A stretch of DNA of 64,000 bases, taken from positions 33,433-97,432 of the forward strand of contig DATLFH010000088.1 of assembly GCA_035524965.1 (NCBI GenBank). Direction: 5' to 3'. Numbering within the stretch: position 1 is the first letter of the stretch; every line of letters begins with the position of its first letter. Origin of the DNA: Gemmatimonadota bacterium (GTDB taxonomy: Bacteria; Gemmatimonadota; Gemmatimonadetes; JACCXV01; JAHWKZ01). Positions 26,503 to 37,196 of the stretch are shown here, piece after piece. The notes under the pieces were generated by a model that searched no databases, was not told the origin of the DNA, and saw only the letters and a list, made by a program, of their open reading frames with translations. A program made the translations under genes and the position numbers.

Positions 26503-27566
26503 TGACGTTGCCCGAAGACGACCTGCTGAAGCCGGTCGAGGGCGGACTGGCGTGGATCAGCGGCGACGGCCCGCACGCCGACGTCATCCTGTCCACGCGC
26601 ATCCGGCTGGCCCGCAACCTGGAGCGGTTCGCGTTCCGGGAGACGATCACCGGCGACCAGCAGGACCTGGTGACCGAGGAGCTGCTCGAATCCCTTCAGG
26701 CGGCCGATCTCGAACAGGGAACGCAGTTCCTGAAACTCGGAGTTCTGACCGATATCGATCTCACTCTGCTCCTGGAGCGACATCTGGTCAGCCGTGAAAT
26801 GATCAAGTTCAAGGAAGCAAGCGCGCTGCTGATCGGCGACGGCGGACGGGTCGCGCTGCTGATCAACGAAGAGGACCATCTGCGGATCCAGTCGCTGACA
26901 CCGGGCTTGCAGCTCGAGGAATCCTGGCAGATCGCGAGCCGGACCGAGCAGGCGCTCCGGCAGCGGTGCCAGTTCGCCTATCATCACCGGTTCGGGTTCT
27001 TGACGAGCTGCCCGACGAACACGGGTACCGGCCTGCGGGCCTCGGTTCTGATCCACCTGCCGGGCCTGGTGCTGACTCGTGAGATCCACAAGGTCCTCCA
27101 GGGCCTCGCCCAGATCGGGCTGACTTTCCGCGGCCTCTACGGCGAGGGCTCGGATGTGATCGGGAACTACTTCCAGCTGTCGAATCAGACCACGCTTGGG
27201 AAGAGTGAGGACGAGCTGGTGGGCCACCTGGACCGGATCACCCGTCAGGTGATCGAGTATGAGGAAAACGCACGGCAGGTCCTGGTCAGGGACGCCCTGG
27301 ACGAGATCGAGGACAAGGTCTGGCGCGCGTACGGACTGCTGCGCAGCGCGCGCTCGATGTCTTTCGACGAGATGATGAACCTGCTGTCGGCAGTGCGCCT
27401 CGGGGTCAGCATGAAACTGCTCCCCGACATAGGGGTATCGAAGTTGAATCGTCTATTGCTGTGGACCCAGGTGGCGCATCTCGAAAAGCGGGCGCAACGC
27501 TCGCTCGACGCGCGGGAGCGCGAGATTGAGCGGGCTTCCCTGGTGCGGGAGATCCTTGAAGGGTAG
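26499..27566 (+). CDS. mcsB: Protein-arginine kinase McsB
   Basis: STRIRLARN, LLERHLVS, INEEDHLR, CPTNTGTGLRAS and QLSNQTTLG motifs. Confidence 0.96.
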   Translation: MMTLPEDDLLKPVEGGLAWISGDGPHADVILSTRIRLARNLERFAFRETITGDQQDLVTEELLESLQAADLEQGTQFLKLGVLTDIDLTLLLERHLVSREMIKFKEASALLIGDGGRVALLINEEDHLRIQSLTPGLQLEESWQIASRTEQALRQRCQFAYHHRFGFLTSCPTNTGTGLRASVLIHLPGLVLTREIHKVLQGLAQIGLTFRGLYGEGSDVIGNYFQLSNQTTLGKSEDELVGHLDRITRQVIEYEENARQVLVRDALDEIEDKVWRAYGLLRSARSMSFDEMMNLLSAVRLGVSMKLLPDIGVSKLNRLLLWTQVAHLEKRAQRSLDAREREIERASLVREILEG

Positions 27567-27583
27567 GTCGCTGAGCGACCTAC
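27563..27583. promoter_or_regulatory. Perfect 9-3-9 inverted repeat between mcsB and clpC
   Basis: GTAGGTCGC-TGA-GCGACCTAC with no U-tract. Confidence 0.5.
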
Positions 27584-27611
27584 GAATCCTGCAGAAGAGA
27601 CGTAGAGGTCT

Positions 27612-30104
27612 ATGAATAGCAACTTTACGGATCGAGTTCGAAAAGTGCTGTCGATGGCCCGCGAGGAAGCGACCCGGCTGCATCACGACTACGTCGGAAC
27701 CGAGCATATCCTGCTCGGCCTGATCCGCGAAGGCGAGGGTGTAGCCGCCGCGATCCTCACCAACTTGAACGTGGATTTGGACGAGCTGCGGCAACGAATC
27801 GAGGAGCGGGTGGATCAGGGAAGGAGCGACATGGCCGCCGACGAGGTTCCCTATACGACCCGCGCCAAGAAGGTGCTGGAGTTTTCTGTCGCCGAGGCGC
27901 GCAGCCTTAAGCATTCCTATGTTGGAACCGAGCATCTAATGCTCGGATTGCTGCGCGAGGAGAAGGGGGTCGCCGCACAGGTGCTCGACGAGACCGGCGT
28001 AACGATCGATGTCGCGCGCAACGAAACGATTCGACTGCTCGGGGGGGAGCTGAGCTCTATGGAAAGCGGAGGCCAGACATCCAAGTCGAGCGACAAGAAA
28101 TCGAAGACGCCGGCGCTTGATCATTTCTGCCGGGATCTGACCGATCTCGCCCGCGAAGGCGAGCTGGATCCGACGATCGGTCGAGGGAAGGAGATCGAGC
28201 GCGTCATCGAGGTGCTATCCCGGCGCAAGAAGAACAACCCGGTGCTGATCGGCGAGCCGGGTGTGGGGAAGACCGCCATCGTCGAGGGTCTGGCGCAGCG
28301 TATCACGAGTGGCGAGATCGTCCACAGTCTGCGCGATCACCGGGTGCTGTCGCTGGATATGGCAGCCGTCATCGCGGGGACCAAGTACCGCGGTCAGTTC
28401 GAGGAGCGCCTCAAGGCCGTGATCAACGAGATCAAGCAATCGCGGAATGTGATCCTCTTCATCGACGAGCTCCACACTCTGGTCGGGGCCGGTGCGGCCG
28501 AGGGCGCCATAGACGCCTCGAACATGCTGAAGCCGGCGCTGGCCCGCGGCGAGCTGCAGTGCGTCGGCGCCTCGACGCTCAACGAATACCGCAAGTACAT
28601 CGAGAAGGACGGTGCGCTCGAGCGGCGGTTCCAGCCGGTGGTCGTGGATCCCCCGACGATCGAGGAGACATTCGAGATCCTGAAGGGGCTCCGATCCCGG
28701 TACGCCGAGCACCACAACGTGGAGATCCCGGACGGCGCCATCGAAATCGCGGCGCGGCTCTCGGAGCGCTACATCACCGATCGCTTTCTACCCGACAAGG
28801 CGATCGACGTGATCGACGAAGCCTGCGCGCGGGTCCATCTGGCGACCCAGGTTCCGCCTCCCGAGCTGCTGGCGCTCGAGGAAGAGGTTCAGGAGATCAT
28901 CGGACGCAAGGATCACGCGATCAAGGCCCAGGACTATGAAACGGCGGCCAAGCTGCGCGATACCGAACGCGAGCTGAAATCCACGATCAAGCGGAAGAAG
29001 GTCGAGTGGGAGCGCGGCAACCATGCCGACCGGCCGACCCTCTCACTGGAGGACGTGGCCTTCATCGTGAGTCGCTGGACAGGTGTACCGGTCGTGCGGC
29101 TGCGCGAGGAGGAAACGGAACGGCTGCTGCACATGGAAGACGAGATCCACAAGCACATCGTCGGTCAGGACGCCGCGATCCATGCGATTTCCAAGGCGAT
29201 CCGCCGCACCCGCGCCGGCCTCAAGGATCCTCGGCGGCCGATCGGATCGTTCATCTTCTCGGGTCCCACCGGAGTCGGGAAGACCGAGCTCGCGCGCGCC
29301 CTGGCGCGGTTCCTTTTCGCCGATCCCAACGCGCTCATCCGGATCGATATGTCCGAGTACATGGAGAAGTTCACGGTGAGCCGGCTGCTGGGCGCCCCGC
29401 CGGGCTACGTGGGTTATGAGGATTCGGGCTATCTCACCAAGGAGGTTCGGCGCAAGCCCTACTCGGTGGTGCTGCTCGACGAGATCGAAAAGGCCCATCC
29501 GGATGTATTCAACATCCTTCTCCAGATCCTCGACGAGGGGCACATCACCGACAATTATGGTCGTAAGATCGACTTCAAGAACACGGTCGTGATCATGACC
29601 TCGAACATCGGCGCGCGCCGCATCATGGGCTCCCGCTCGCTGGGATTCCAGCGCCCGAGCGAGACCGCCCGGATCGACCAGATCGAGGAGGCGGTGAAGG
29701 ACGAGATCAACAAGACCTTCAACCCCGAGTTCCTGAACCGTCTCGACGAGACGATCGTCTTCCATCCACTTACCGAAGATCACATCGTCCAGGTCGTGGA
29801 CATCCTGTTCAAGGAGATCCTCGACCGCCTCGATGACCGTGACATCACCCTCGTCCTCTCGGAGGGGGCCAAACGGTACCTGGCCCGTAAGGGCTTCGAC
29901 GAGAAGTTCGGGGCCCGGCCGCTGAAGCGTGCGATGCAACGCTACCTGCAGGATCCCTTCTCCGAGGATCTGCTGAAAGGCCGGTTCGTTCCGGGTGACG
30001 AGGTCGTGGTCGAGGTGAGCGAGGACGAGGACCGCCTCGTCTTCACGTCCCGGGGCTCGCGCGCGCCACGGGAGGAGGAATCGGTTCAGGAAGAGGTGGG
30101 CTGA
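27612..30104 (+). CDS. clpC: ATP-dependent Clp protease ATP-binding subunit ClpC
   Basis: Two Clp-N repeats (GTEH), Walker A motifs GEPGVGKT and [11 protein letters not shown] middle domain, LGF ClpP-docking loop. Confidence 0.97.
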   Translation: MNSNFTDRVRKVLSMAREEATRLHHDYVGTEHILLGLIREGEGVAAAILTNLNVDLDELRQRIEERVDQGRSDMAADEVPYTTRAKKVLEFSVAEARSLKHSYVGTEHLMLGLLREEKGVAAQVLDETGVTIDVARNETIRLLGGELSSMESGGQTSKSSDKKSKTPALDHFCRDLTDLAREGELDPTIGRGKEIERVIEVLSRRKKNNPVLIGEPGVGKTAIVEGLAQRITSGEIVHSLRDHRVLSLDMAAVIAGTKYRGQFEERLKAVINEIKQSRNVILFIDELHTLVGAGAAEGAIDASNMLKPALARGELQCVGASTLNEYRKYIEKDGALERRFQPVVVDPPTIEETFEILKGLRSRYAEHHNVEIPDGAIEIAARLSERYITDRFLPDKAIDVIDEACARVHLATQVPPPELLALEEEVQEIIGRKDHAIKAQDYETAAKLRDTERELKSTIKRKKVEWERGNHADRPTLSLEDVAFIVSRWTGVPVVRLREEETERLLHMEDEIHKHIVGQDAAIHAISKAIRRTRAGLKDPRRPIGSFIFSGPTGVGKTELARALARFLFADPNALIRIDMSEYMEKFTVSRLLGAPPGYVGYEDSGYLTKEVRRKPYSVVLLDEIEKAHPDVFNILLQILDEGHITDNYGRKIDFKNTVVIMTSNIGARRIMGSRSLGFQRPSETARIDQIEEAVKDEINKTFNPEFLNRLDETIVFHPLTEDHIVQVVDILFKEILDRLDDRDITLVLSEGAKRYLARKGFDEKFGARPLKRAMQRYLQDPFSEDLLKGRFVPGDEVVVEVSEDEDRLVFTSRGSRAPREEESVQEEVG

Positions 30105-30106
30105 GG

Positions 30107-32452
30107 GTGAAGCGGCCCGAGTCGCGACCCCGCGCGTGGGCTGTGGCCGCGATGCTCCTCGCCGTTACTCCGGCCGTCGCTCAACAGCCTGCGCCCCGGA
30201 TCTCGAGCATCGTCGTCGAAGGCACCCGCACGCTGGACGCGGAGCGCGTGCGCGCGCTGTCCGGTCTTTCCCCGGGATCGACGCTGACGGCGCGGGCCGT
30301 ACAGGAAGCGATCCGCGCGCTCTGGGCGACGAATCTTTTCAACGACATCACGGTGACCACGCAGTCCGGCACGGATGCGCACGAGCAGGTGGTCGTGGTC
30401 ATCCGCGTGGCGGAGGCGCCCGTCATCACCCGCCTCGATTTCGAGGGCGCCGACGAGATCGACCGCGAGGATCTCGAGGCCGCGCTCGCGATCCGGCCGG
30501 GAGATCGACTGCTCGAGCACCGTCTGCACCAGGCCGAGATCGACCTGGAGACGCTCTACGAGGAGCGGGGCTACTACCTGGCCGAGGTCCAGCTTGTGGC
30601 CACGCCCCACTCCGCGGGTGGTCCGGCCGCCTCCGATTCGACGGCAGTCACAGTGCGGATCGATGAGGGACGCAAGGTAGCCATCAAGGAGATCGAGTTC
30701 GACGGCAACACCGCTTTCTCCGGCGCGCGGCTCAGGAAGGCGCTGGAGACGGACACAGAGGGGTTCTGGTTCTGGCAGGACGGGGAGTTCGACGAGGCCA
30801 AGTGGCGTGCCGACCTGGGCCAGCGCCTCCCGGCCTTCTACGGGTCGCGGGGGTATCTGGACATGCGGGTCGTCTCGGACTCGATCGCCGTCGATCCGGA
30901 TCGCGGCGCCATGCGGTTGTACGTCACGGTCGACGAAGGGCGACAATACCGCATCGGCGACATCACGATCGAGGGGAACCGGCGCTTCTCACGCACCGAC
31001 TTGAGCCAGTTTCTCCGGCTCGAGCCCGGCGCGGTGTTCGACACACAGGTGGTCGAGTCGACGCAGACCGATCTGGGCAACCTGTACGCCGACGACGGAT
31101 ACATCTACGCGCAGATTCAACCGGTTCGCCGGGTGCGCGGGGACAGCGCCGTCGTCGATCTCACCTGGCAGATCCGGGAGGGCGAGCCCGCCCACATCCG
31201 CCACGTCGCGATCCGCGGCAACACCGTGACCCACGAGTCGGTGATCCGCCGGCAGCTCTTCGTGGAGCCCGGGGAGCGCTTCCGGCGCACCGACGTGCGC
31301 AACAGCCTGCTGTCGCTGGAAGGCCTGGGTTTCTTCGAGCCGGGGATCATGCCGACCACGAGGATGGTCGACGAGGAGTCGGGCGACATCGACCTGATAT
31401 TCGAGGTCGAGGAGCGGCGCACCGGTTCGTTGACGCTCGGCGCCGCCGTCGGCGGGGGCACGGGCTTGTCGGGATTCGTCTCGTACGAGCAGCCGAACCT
31501 GTTCGGGCAAGCCCGTTCGGGCCGGATCCGGTGGGAGTTCGGTTCGCGCAACAACGATCTCGAGCTGAGCTACTCAGAGCCCGTTTTTCTCGGGTCTACG
31601 ACATCGGCCTCGGTCTCGTTCTTCGATATCGACCGCCGCTTTATCAATCAGTCATTCCGCCAGGACGCGATCGGCGCCAACGTGCGGTTCGGCACACCGC
31701 TCCCCTGGGACGACGCTTCACGCTTCTTCTACGGCTATAAATGGCAGCGGATCGATCTGGAGTCGACGGGCGGAGGCGAGGACCGCTTCGAGGGCGAGTA
31801 TCCGCGGACCGAGTCGAGCCTCAATCTGGCTCTCGTCCGCGACACGCGGTTGCCGCGGCGACACCCGATCCAGGGCGCGCGACACAATCTCAGCGTAGAT
31901 CTGGCCGGGGGTCCGCTCCAGGGGAACGTCGGCTTCCATAAGTACCTCTTCGACACCGCCTGGTTCGCGGCCACGTTCAATGACCGGACGGTGCTGAACC
32001 TGAGCCTTAAGACGGGGGGAATCCGTGCCACTCGCTTCGTGCCGCTGACGGAGCAGTTCGTCCTGGGCGGGGTACAATTCCCTTCGCAGGGGCTGCGCGG
32101 ATACGACGAGGGGTGCGTCGGCGTCTTCAACGTCGGCGCCGGTCGTCCCGGAATCGGGTGCGGAGAGGATCGCGGCAACGCGTTCCTGCTCCTTACGGCC
32201 GAGCACTTCTTCAAGATCAGCGACACGATATACGCCTCGGTTTTCTACGATGCGGGAGACGTCTTTCGCGAGTTTGGAGACGTGACGTTCGCCGATCTCA
32301 AGCGGGGGGCGGGGGTCGGGTTCTCCATCGATCTGCCCGGTCTGGGGCCACTCGGGCTCGATCTCGGATATGGTTTCGACCGGATCGACAACGCCGGAAA
32401 CCTCGATCCGGGATGGCAGGTGCACTTCCGGTTCGGCAATCTCGCCCGTTAG
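30107..32452 (+). CDS. bamA: Outer membrane protein assembly factor BamA
   Basis: Signal peptide, POTRA repeats, beta-barrel with LRGY loop motif. Confidence 0.95.
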   Translation: MKRPESRPRAWAVAAMLLAVTPAVAQQPAPRISSIVVEGTRTLDAERVRALSGLSPGSTLTARAVQEAIRALWATNLFNDITVTTQSGTDAHEQVVVVIRVAEAPVITRLDFEGADEIDREDLEAALAIRPGDRLLEHRLHQAEIDLETLYEERGYYLAEVQLVATPHSAGGPAASDSTAVTVRIDEGRKVAIKEIEFDGNTAFSGARLRKALETDTEGFWFWQDGEFDEAKWRADLGQRLPAFYGSRGYLDMRVVSDSIAVDPDRGAMRLYVTVDEGRQYRIGDITIEGNRRFSRTDLSQFLRLEPGAVFDTQVVESTQTDLGNLYADDGYIYAQIQPVRRVRGDSAVVDLTWQIREGEPAHIRHVAIRGNTVTHESVIRRQLFVEPGERFRRTDVRNSLLSLEGLGFFEPGIMPTTRMVDEESGDIDLIFEVEERRTGSLTLGAAVGGGTGLSGFVSYEQPNLFGQARSGRIRWEFGSRNNDLELSYSEPVFLGSTTSASVSFFDIDRRFINQSFRQDAIGANVRFGTPLPWDDASRFFYGYKWQRIDLESTGGGEDRFEGEYPRTESSLNLALVRDTRLPRRHPIQGARHNLSVDLAGGPLQGNVGFHKYLFDTAWFAATFNDRTVLNLSLKTGGIRATRFVPLTEQFVLGGVQFPSQGLRGYDEGCVGVFNVGAGRPGIGCGEDRGNAFLLLTAEHFFKISDTIYASVFYDAGDVFREFGDVTFADLKRGAGVGFSIDLPGLGPLGLDLGYGFDRIDNAGNLDPGWQVHFRFGNLAR

Positions 32453-32538
32453 AGGAGTGACCTCGCCGGTCCGGGGAGTGGGACGGTAAATTGTTGACCC
32501 AGGGAGTCTTCGGCTACCATACGAGGAGGGATGCGAGA

Positions 32539-33093
32539 ATGTTCGCTACACGCGGAGTCTTCGGCGCGCTTCTCCTGCTGGCCGTCGCGCCGGTAGGGAC
32601 CGCGGCGCAGGACGCGCCGCTGAGGATCGCCTACATCGATTCCGAGGAGATCGTCAAGCAGGCGCCCGGCTACTCGGAGGCCAACGCCGAGTTCAACCGG
32701 ACGGCCAGCGGCTGGCAGGACAGCCTCGAGCAGAAGCGCGGCCGGCTCAAGGAGCTGTACGACGAGTACAAGGCGCAAGAAGTCATCCTCTCGCCCGAAA
32801 AGAAGGCCGAGCGGCAGGAAGAGATGCTGCGGATGGAGGGAGAGATCCAACAGTACTTTCAGATCAAGTTCGGGCCTCAGGGCGAAGCCAGCACGCGGCA
32901 GGCCGAGCTGATGCAGCCCATCATCGAGCGCGTGAATCGCGTGATCGACCAGGCGCGGCAGGAGCTCGGATACTCCCTGATCTTCGACCTGAATGACGGG
33001 GCGCTGGTCGCCGGGGATCCGGCCCTCAACATCACCGACGAGGTGATCCGGAGGTTGCAGTCGAGCCAGGGGGTGGCAGCACCCTCGCGATAG
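32539..33093 (+). CDS. skp: OmpH/Skp periplasmic chaperone
   Basis: ATG 32539; [10 protein letters not shown], coiled coil, GYSLIFD and NITDEVI motifs. Confidence 0.93.
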   Translation: MFATRGVFGALLLLAVAPVGTAAQDAPLRIAYIDSEEIVKQAPGYSEANAEFNRTASGWQDSLEQKRGRLKELYDEYKAQEVILSPEKKAERQEEMLRMEGEIQQYFQIKFGPQGEASTRQAELMQPIIERVNRVIDQARQELGYSLIFDLNDGALVAGDPALNITDEVIRRLQSSQGVAAPSR

Positions 33094-34169
33094 TGAACCA
33101 TCCGCAGGGGATCCCTGATCCCGGAGACCGAGGAGGCGGCGGGGAATTGGCACGAGCGAGTGTACCGCTGGGCGAGCTCGCCGCAGCGATCGGGGCCCGG
33201 CTGGAGGGGAATCCCCGTTTGGAGATCCGCGGAGTCTCGACGCTCGAGGGTGCAGGCCCGACGGATCTCTCCTTCCTTGCCAACGCCCGCTACGAGGAGG
33301 CTGCCCGCCTGACCAATGCGGGGGCGATCGTGGTCGGATCGGACTACCGCGCCAACGGCCAGAACGTCCTGCGGAGCGACAACCCTTACCTGGCGTTCGC
33401 TCAGGCGATCGCCCTCCTCTGGCCCCCTCCCCCGGTCGAGCCAGGCGTTGCGCCCACCGCAGTCGTCGATGCGACGACCCGGGTTCCGGGCGACGCGTCC
33501 ATCGGGCACCACGCGGTCATCGGCGCGAACGTCGATCTCGGGCGGGGTGTCGTGGTCGGAGCGGGAACGGTGATCGAGGAGAGCATCGTGATCGGGGAAG
33601 GGTCGCGACTCTTTCCGCGGGTCACGCTCCTGCACGGAACCCGTCTCGGGAAGCGTTGCGTGGTTCAGAGTGGCAGCGTGCTAGGCGCCGACGGCTTCGG
33701 ATACGCCACGGATGGCGCCGGCCGCCATCACAAGGTCCCCCAGCGCGGCGGACTCGTGCTGGGCGATGACGTCGAGATCGGCGCCGGCGTCACGATCGAC
33801 CGCGGATCGATGGAGGATACTACGATCGGGGATGGTGCCAAAATTGACAACCTGGTCCATATCGGGCACAATGTAAAGATAGGTAAAAACGCGATCATCG
33901 TTGCCCAGGTGGGCGTCGCGGGCAGCACGAAAGTCGGCGACTTCGTCGTCGTGGGTGGACAGGCGGGAATCGTGGGCCACGTGAGTATCGGGGATCGCGC
34001 GCGGATCGGGGGGCAGGCGGGAGTCATCGGTGATGTCCCCGCCGGGGCGGAGTATTCGGGCTATCCCGCCCGCTCCCATCGCGAACAGATGCGGGCCCAC
34101 GTGCTCTTCAGCCGTCTCCCGGAGATCTTCGCGCGTCTCAAGGCGATCGAGCAGAGGATTCGCGCATGA
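33093..34169 (+). CDS. lpxD: UDP-3-O-(3-hydroxyacyl)glucosamine N-acyltransferase
   Basis: [26 protein letters not shown] and [11 protein letters not shown] motifs. Confidence 0.97.
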   Translation: MNHPQGIPDPGDRGGGGELARASVPLGELAAAIGARLEGNPRLEIRGVSTLEGAGPTDLSFLANARYEEAARLTNAGAIVVGSDYRANGQNVLRSDNPYLAFAQAIALLWPPPPVEPGVAPTAVVDATTRVPGDASIGHHAVIGANVDLGRGVVVGAGTVIEESIVIGEGSRLFPRVTLLHGTRLGKRCVVQSGSVLGADGFGYATDGAGRHHKVPQRGGLVLGDDVEIGAGVTIDRGSMEDTTIGDGAKIDNLVHIGHNVKIGKNAIIVAQVGVAGSTKVGDFVVVGGQAGIVGHVSIGDRARIGGQAGVIGDVPAGAEYSGYPARSHREQMRAHVLFSRLPEIFARLKAIEQRIRA

Positions 34170-35545
34170 AGAACGATCGCCAGCTGACGATCGCGCGGCC
34201 GGTCACCTACAGCGGCGTTGGCCTCCATACCGGCGACCAGAGCCATCTGACGTTCCTTCCCGCCGAGGCCAACACCGGCCTGCGCTTCGTCCGCGTAGAC
34301 CTCGATGGAGATCCCGAGATCATCGTCGATCCGGAGCATGTCATCGGGGTCGATCGGGGGACCTCGATCGGTCTCGACGGAAGCAAGGTTCATACGATCG
34401 AGCACGTGCTGGCGGCTGTTGCGGCGCGCGGAATCGACAATTTGCGGATTGAGCTGGACGCGAGCGAGCCGCCGGTCGGTGACGGTTCCAGCTTGCCTTT
34501 CTGGCGCGCGCTGCAGGAGGCGGGGCTCAAGGAGCTGGACGCTCCACGACGCCGATATCGGGTGGAGGAACCGATCTTCTACGCGGACGGAGATGTGGAG
34601 ATCACCCTTTTGCCATCCGATCGCCTGCAGGTTTCCTTCACGATCGATTTCGACCATCCGCTGGTAGATCACCAGTTCGAATCCTTCGAGATCACGCCCG
34701 AGATCTTCGAACGGGAGATCGCACCGGCTCGGACTTTCGGCTTCCTTCACGAGATCGAGCAGCTGAAAGCGGCGGGGCTGATCCGCGGAGGGAACCTGAG
34801 GAATGCGATTGTGATCGGCGAGGATAAGATTCTCAACGAAGAGCGGCTCCGCTTTCCGACGGAACTCGTCCGTCACAAGATCCTCGACCTGCTCGGAGAT
34901 CTGAAAGTGCTCAATGTCGATATCGAGGCTCACATCGTCGCCCATCGGTCGGGGCATCGCGCCAACTTCGCTCTCGTCCAGCTGCTGAAGCGGCGGATCG
35001 ATGGACAGAGCGGCAACGGTGCGGGCAGGCTCGGGGAGACGCGCCGGGGGCCGTCCAGAACGCGCCGGGGGGCGTCCAGGGCTCGCCGGGAGAGGAAGGT
35101 CGAGCGCCCCACGATACTGGACGTCAGCCGCATCCTGGAAATCCTGCCCCATCGCTATCCGTTCCTGCTGGTGGATCGTGTCGTGAGGATCGAGGAGGGC
35201 CGACGGGTGGTGGGGATCAAGAACGTGACGATCAGCGAGCCGTTCTTCCAGGGTCATTTCCCCGGTCATCCGGTCATGCCCGGCGTTTTGATCGTAGAGG
35301 CGATGGGGCAGGTCGGCGGGTTGCTGTTGATGAGCCTGGTCGATGATCCAACCGGAAAGGTGGTCTACTTCACCGGGTTGGACAGAGTCCGGTTCCGCCA
35401 GCCGGTGCTGCCCGGCGATCAGCTCATCTGCGAAGTCGAACTGGTCCGGCGCCGGGGAACGTTCTGCAAGATGCGCGGGGTTGCGCGCGTGGACGGTGCG
35501 GTGGTTGCCGAGGCCGACCTCATGGCCTCGTTGGTTCCAAAATGA
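34166..35545 (+). CDS. lpxC-fabZ: Bifunctional LpxC deacetylase / FabZ dehydratase fusion
   Basis: [23 protein letters not shown] and HKILDLLGD motifs (LpxC); [11 protein letters not shown] and [16 protein letters not shown] motifs (FabZ). Confidence 0.97.
   Translation: MKNDRQLTIARPVTYSGVGLHTGDQSHLTFLPAEANTGLRFVRVDLDGDPEIIVDPEHVIGVDRGTSIGLDGSKVHTIEHVLAAVAARGIDNLRIELDASEPPVGDGSSLPFWRALQEAGLKELDAPRRRYRVEEPIFYADGDVEITLLPSDRLQVSFTIDFDHPLVDHQFESFEITPEIFEREIAPARTFGFLHEIEQLKAAGLIRGGNLRNAIVIGEDKILNEERLRFPTELVRHKILDLLGDLKVLNVDIEAHIVAHRSGHRANFALVQLLKRRIDGQSGNGAGRLGETRRGPSRTRRGASRARRERKVERPTILDVSRILEILPHRYPFLLVDRVVRIEEGRRVVGIKNVTISEPFFQGHFPGHPVMPGVLIVEAMGQVGGLLLMSLVDDPTGKVVYFTGLDRVRFRQPVLPGDQLICEVELVRRRGTFCKMRGVARVDGAVVAEADLMASLVPK
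35039..35090 (+). repeat. 21-bp tandem duplication in the LpxC-FabZ linker
   Basis: ACGCGCCGGGGGCCGTCCAGA / ACGCGCCGGGGGGCGTCCAGG / GCTCGCCGGG encode [17 protein letters not shown]. Confidence 0.75.
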
Positions 35546-36327
35546 AATCGCTGACCGGACAGATCCATTCCACCGCGATTGTCGATTCCAGCTCGGAGAT
35601 CGGCGACGATGTCGTCATCGGCCCCTACGCGATCGTCGGACCGGGCGTCTCGATCGGCGCAGGAACACGGATCGCAGCCCACACCGTTATCGAGCGGGAT
35701 ACCACGATCGGCGAACATTGCCAGATCTACTACGGGGCCGTTCTTGGAAGCGATCCGCAGGACCTCAAGTATGAGGGAGAGCCAACCACCTGCGTGATCG
35801 GCAGCGAGACCGTGATCCGCGAGTACGTCACCGTGAATCGTGGAACCCGCGCTCTCGGCACCACGCAGATCGGCGAACGTTGCCTGCTCATGGCCTATGC
35901 GCACGTCGCCCATGACTGCCAGATCGGAGACGACGTTATTCTCTCGAACGCCGTCGGTCTGGCGGGTCACGTGACCGTCGACGAGCACGCGATCATCGGC
36001 GGCATGACGGGCGTCCATCAGTTCGTGCGTGTGGGTGCGCACGCGTTCGTGGGCGGCGTCTCGCGCGTGCAGAAGGACGTGCCGCCGTACGTCAAGGCGG
36101 CCGGAAACCCCACCGCGTTGTTCGGACTCAACACGGTTGGTCTCGAACGGCGCGGTTTCCCGCAGAACGTCCAGACGGAGCTGAAGCGGGCGTATCGGCT
36201 TTTCTTCAACTCCAAGCTGAACGTTTCCCAAGCGCTCGCCCGCGCGAGCGAGGAGCTTCACCCCTATCCCGAAATCGAACGCTTCCTGACGTTCATCACC
36301 GACAGCGAGCGTGGCGTCACCGTCTGA
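35542..36327 (+). CDS. lpxA: UDP-N-acetylglucosamine O-acyltransferase
   Basis: Hexapeptide repeats, PQDLKY, IREYVTVNRGT, AHVAHDC, HQF and KDVPPY motifs. Confidence 0.97.
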   Translation: MKSLTGQIHSTAIVDSSSEIGDDVVIGPYAIVGPGVSIGAGTRIAAHTVIERDTTIGEHCQIYYGAVLGSDPQDLKYEGEPTTCVIGSETVIREYVTVNRGTRALGTTQIGERCLLMAYAHVAHDCQIGDDVILSNAVGLAGHVTVDEHAIIGGMTGVHQFVRVGAHAFVGGVSRVQKDVPPYVKAAGNPTALFGLNTVGLERRGFPQNVQTELKRAYRLFFNSKLNVSQALARASEELHPYPEIERFLTFITDSERGVTV

Positions 36328-36437
36328 GGCGAACGCGCGGGACGGCTTCTCAACCGAGTTCTGCGAATGGGCTTGATTCGGGATTGGCGGGATCGTAAGG
36401 CGATCTCTCCTCATCGCCCCAAACGGGCACGGACGGC

Positions 36438-37196
36438 GTGGATGGTTTTCGCCCTGGCGAGCGTGTTGATCCTGATCTGGCTCCTGAACCGATTTTGAGC
36501 CGTCCCGTCCTCCGGGCGATCGCCAGTCGCGGGGGGTGGCTCGTTGCAAGGCTCGTCGAGGCGCTCTCCCGGACCTGGCGGATCGACGTATCGGGAAACA
36601 GGCACCTCCAGGCGATCGAGGCCGAAGGCGACGGCGTCGTCTTTTGCTTCTGGCACGGACGGATGCTCGAACTGGCGGTCGCCCACGCCCGCCACGGTGT
36701 CGGCGTCCTGGTTTCGAGCCATCCCGACGGGATCATGGCCGCCCGGATCATCGCGCCGCTGGGATATATCCCGATCAGGGGATCGAGACGGCGTAACCCC
36801 GTGGCCGGCTTCCGGGCCATGCTGCGGCACGCCGAGTCGGGCGGCGACCTGGCACTCAGCCCTGACGCCCACTCGGACATCCATCGGGTCCTGCCGGGAG
36901 CGGTCGCGCTGGCGCGCCGTTCCGGTCACGTGCTCGTGCCGGTGGCCGCTGCGGCGCGGCCCTGCAGGCGAGTCGTATCCTGGGACAGGTTCGAGATTCC
37001 ATGGCCCGGCGCGCGCGTGCGAATCCGCTACGGCGAGCCGGTTCGGGTGCCGGCGGGCGTCAGCGCCGCCGCGTGCGAGAAGATCAGCCGTGACCTCGAG
37101 AGGCGGCTGCGCGCCCTGCACCGCGAGATCGAGGAAGAGCTGGCGGGCCGTCCGCGCCGCGTAGCCCGTCGCCCGTCCGCTCTGACACCGCGATGA
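36438..37196 (+). CDS. Lysophospholipid acyltransferase family protein (DUF374); start uncertain
   Basis: FCFWHG, VSSHPDG, IRGS, LSPD, GAVALA and SWDRFEIPWP motifs. Confidence 0.8.
   Translation: MDGFRPGERVDPDLAPEPILSRPVLRAIASRGGWLVARLVEALSRTWRIDVSGNRHLQAIEAEGDGVVFCFWHGRMLELAVAHARHGVGVLVSSHPDGIMAARIIAPLGYIPIRGSRRRNPVAGFRAMLRHAESGGDLALSPDAHSDIHRVLPGAVALARRSGHVLVPVAAAARPCRRVVSWDRFEIPWPGARVRIRYGEPVRVPAGVSAAACEKISRDLERRLRALHREIEEELAGRPRRVARRPSALTPR

Noticed and set aside
32494-32520. TTGACC...TACCAT promoter candidate before skp
   Set aside because: The 15-bp spacer is suboptimal; cannot be supported without TSS data.
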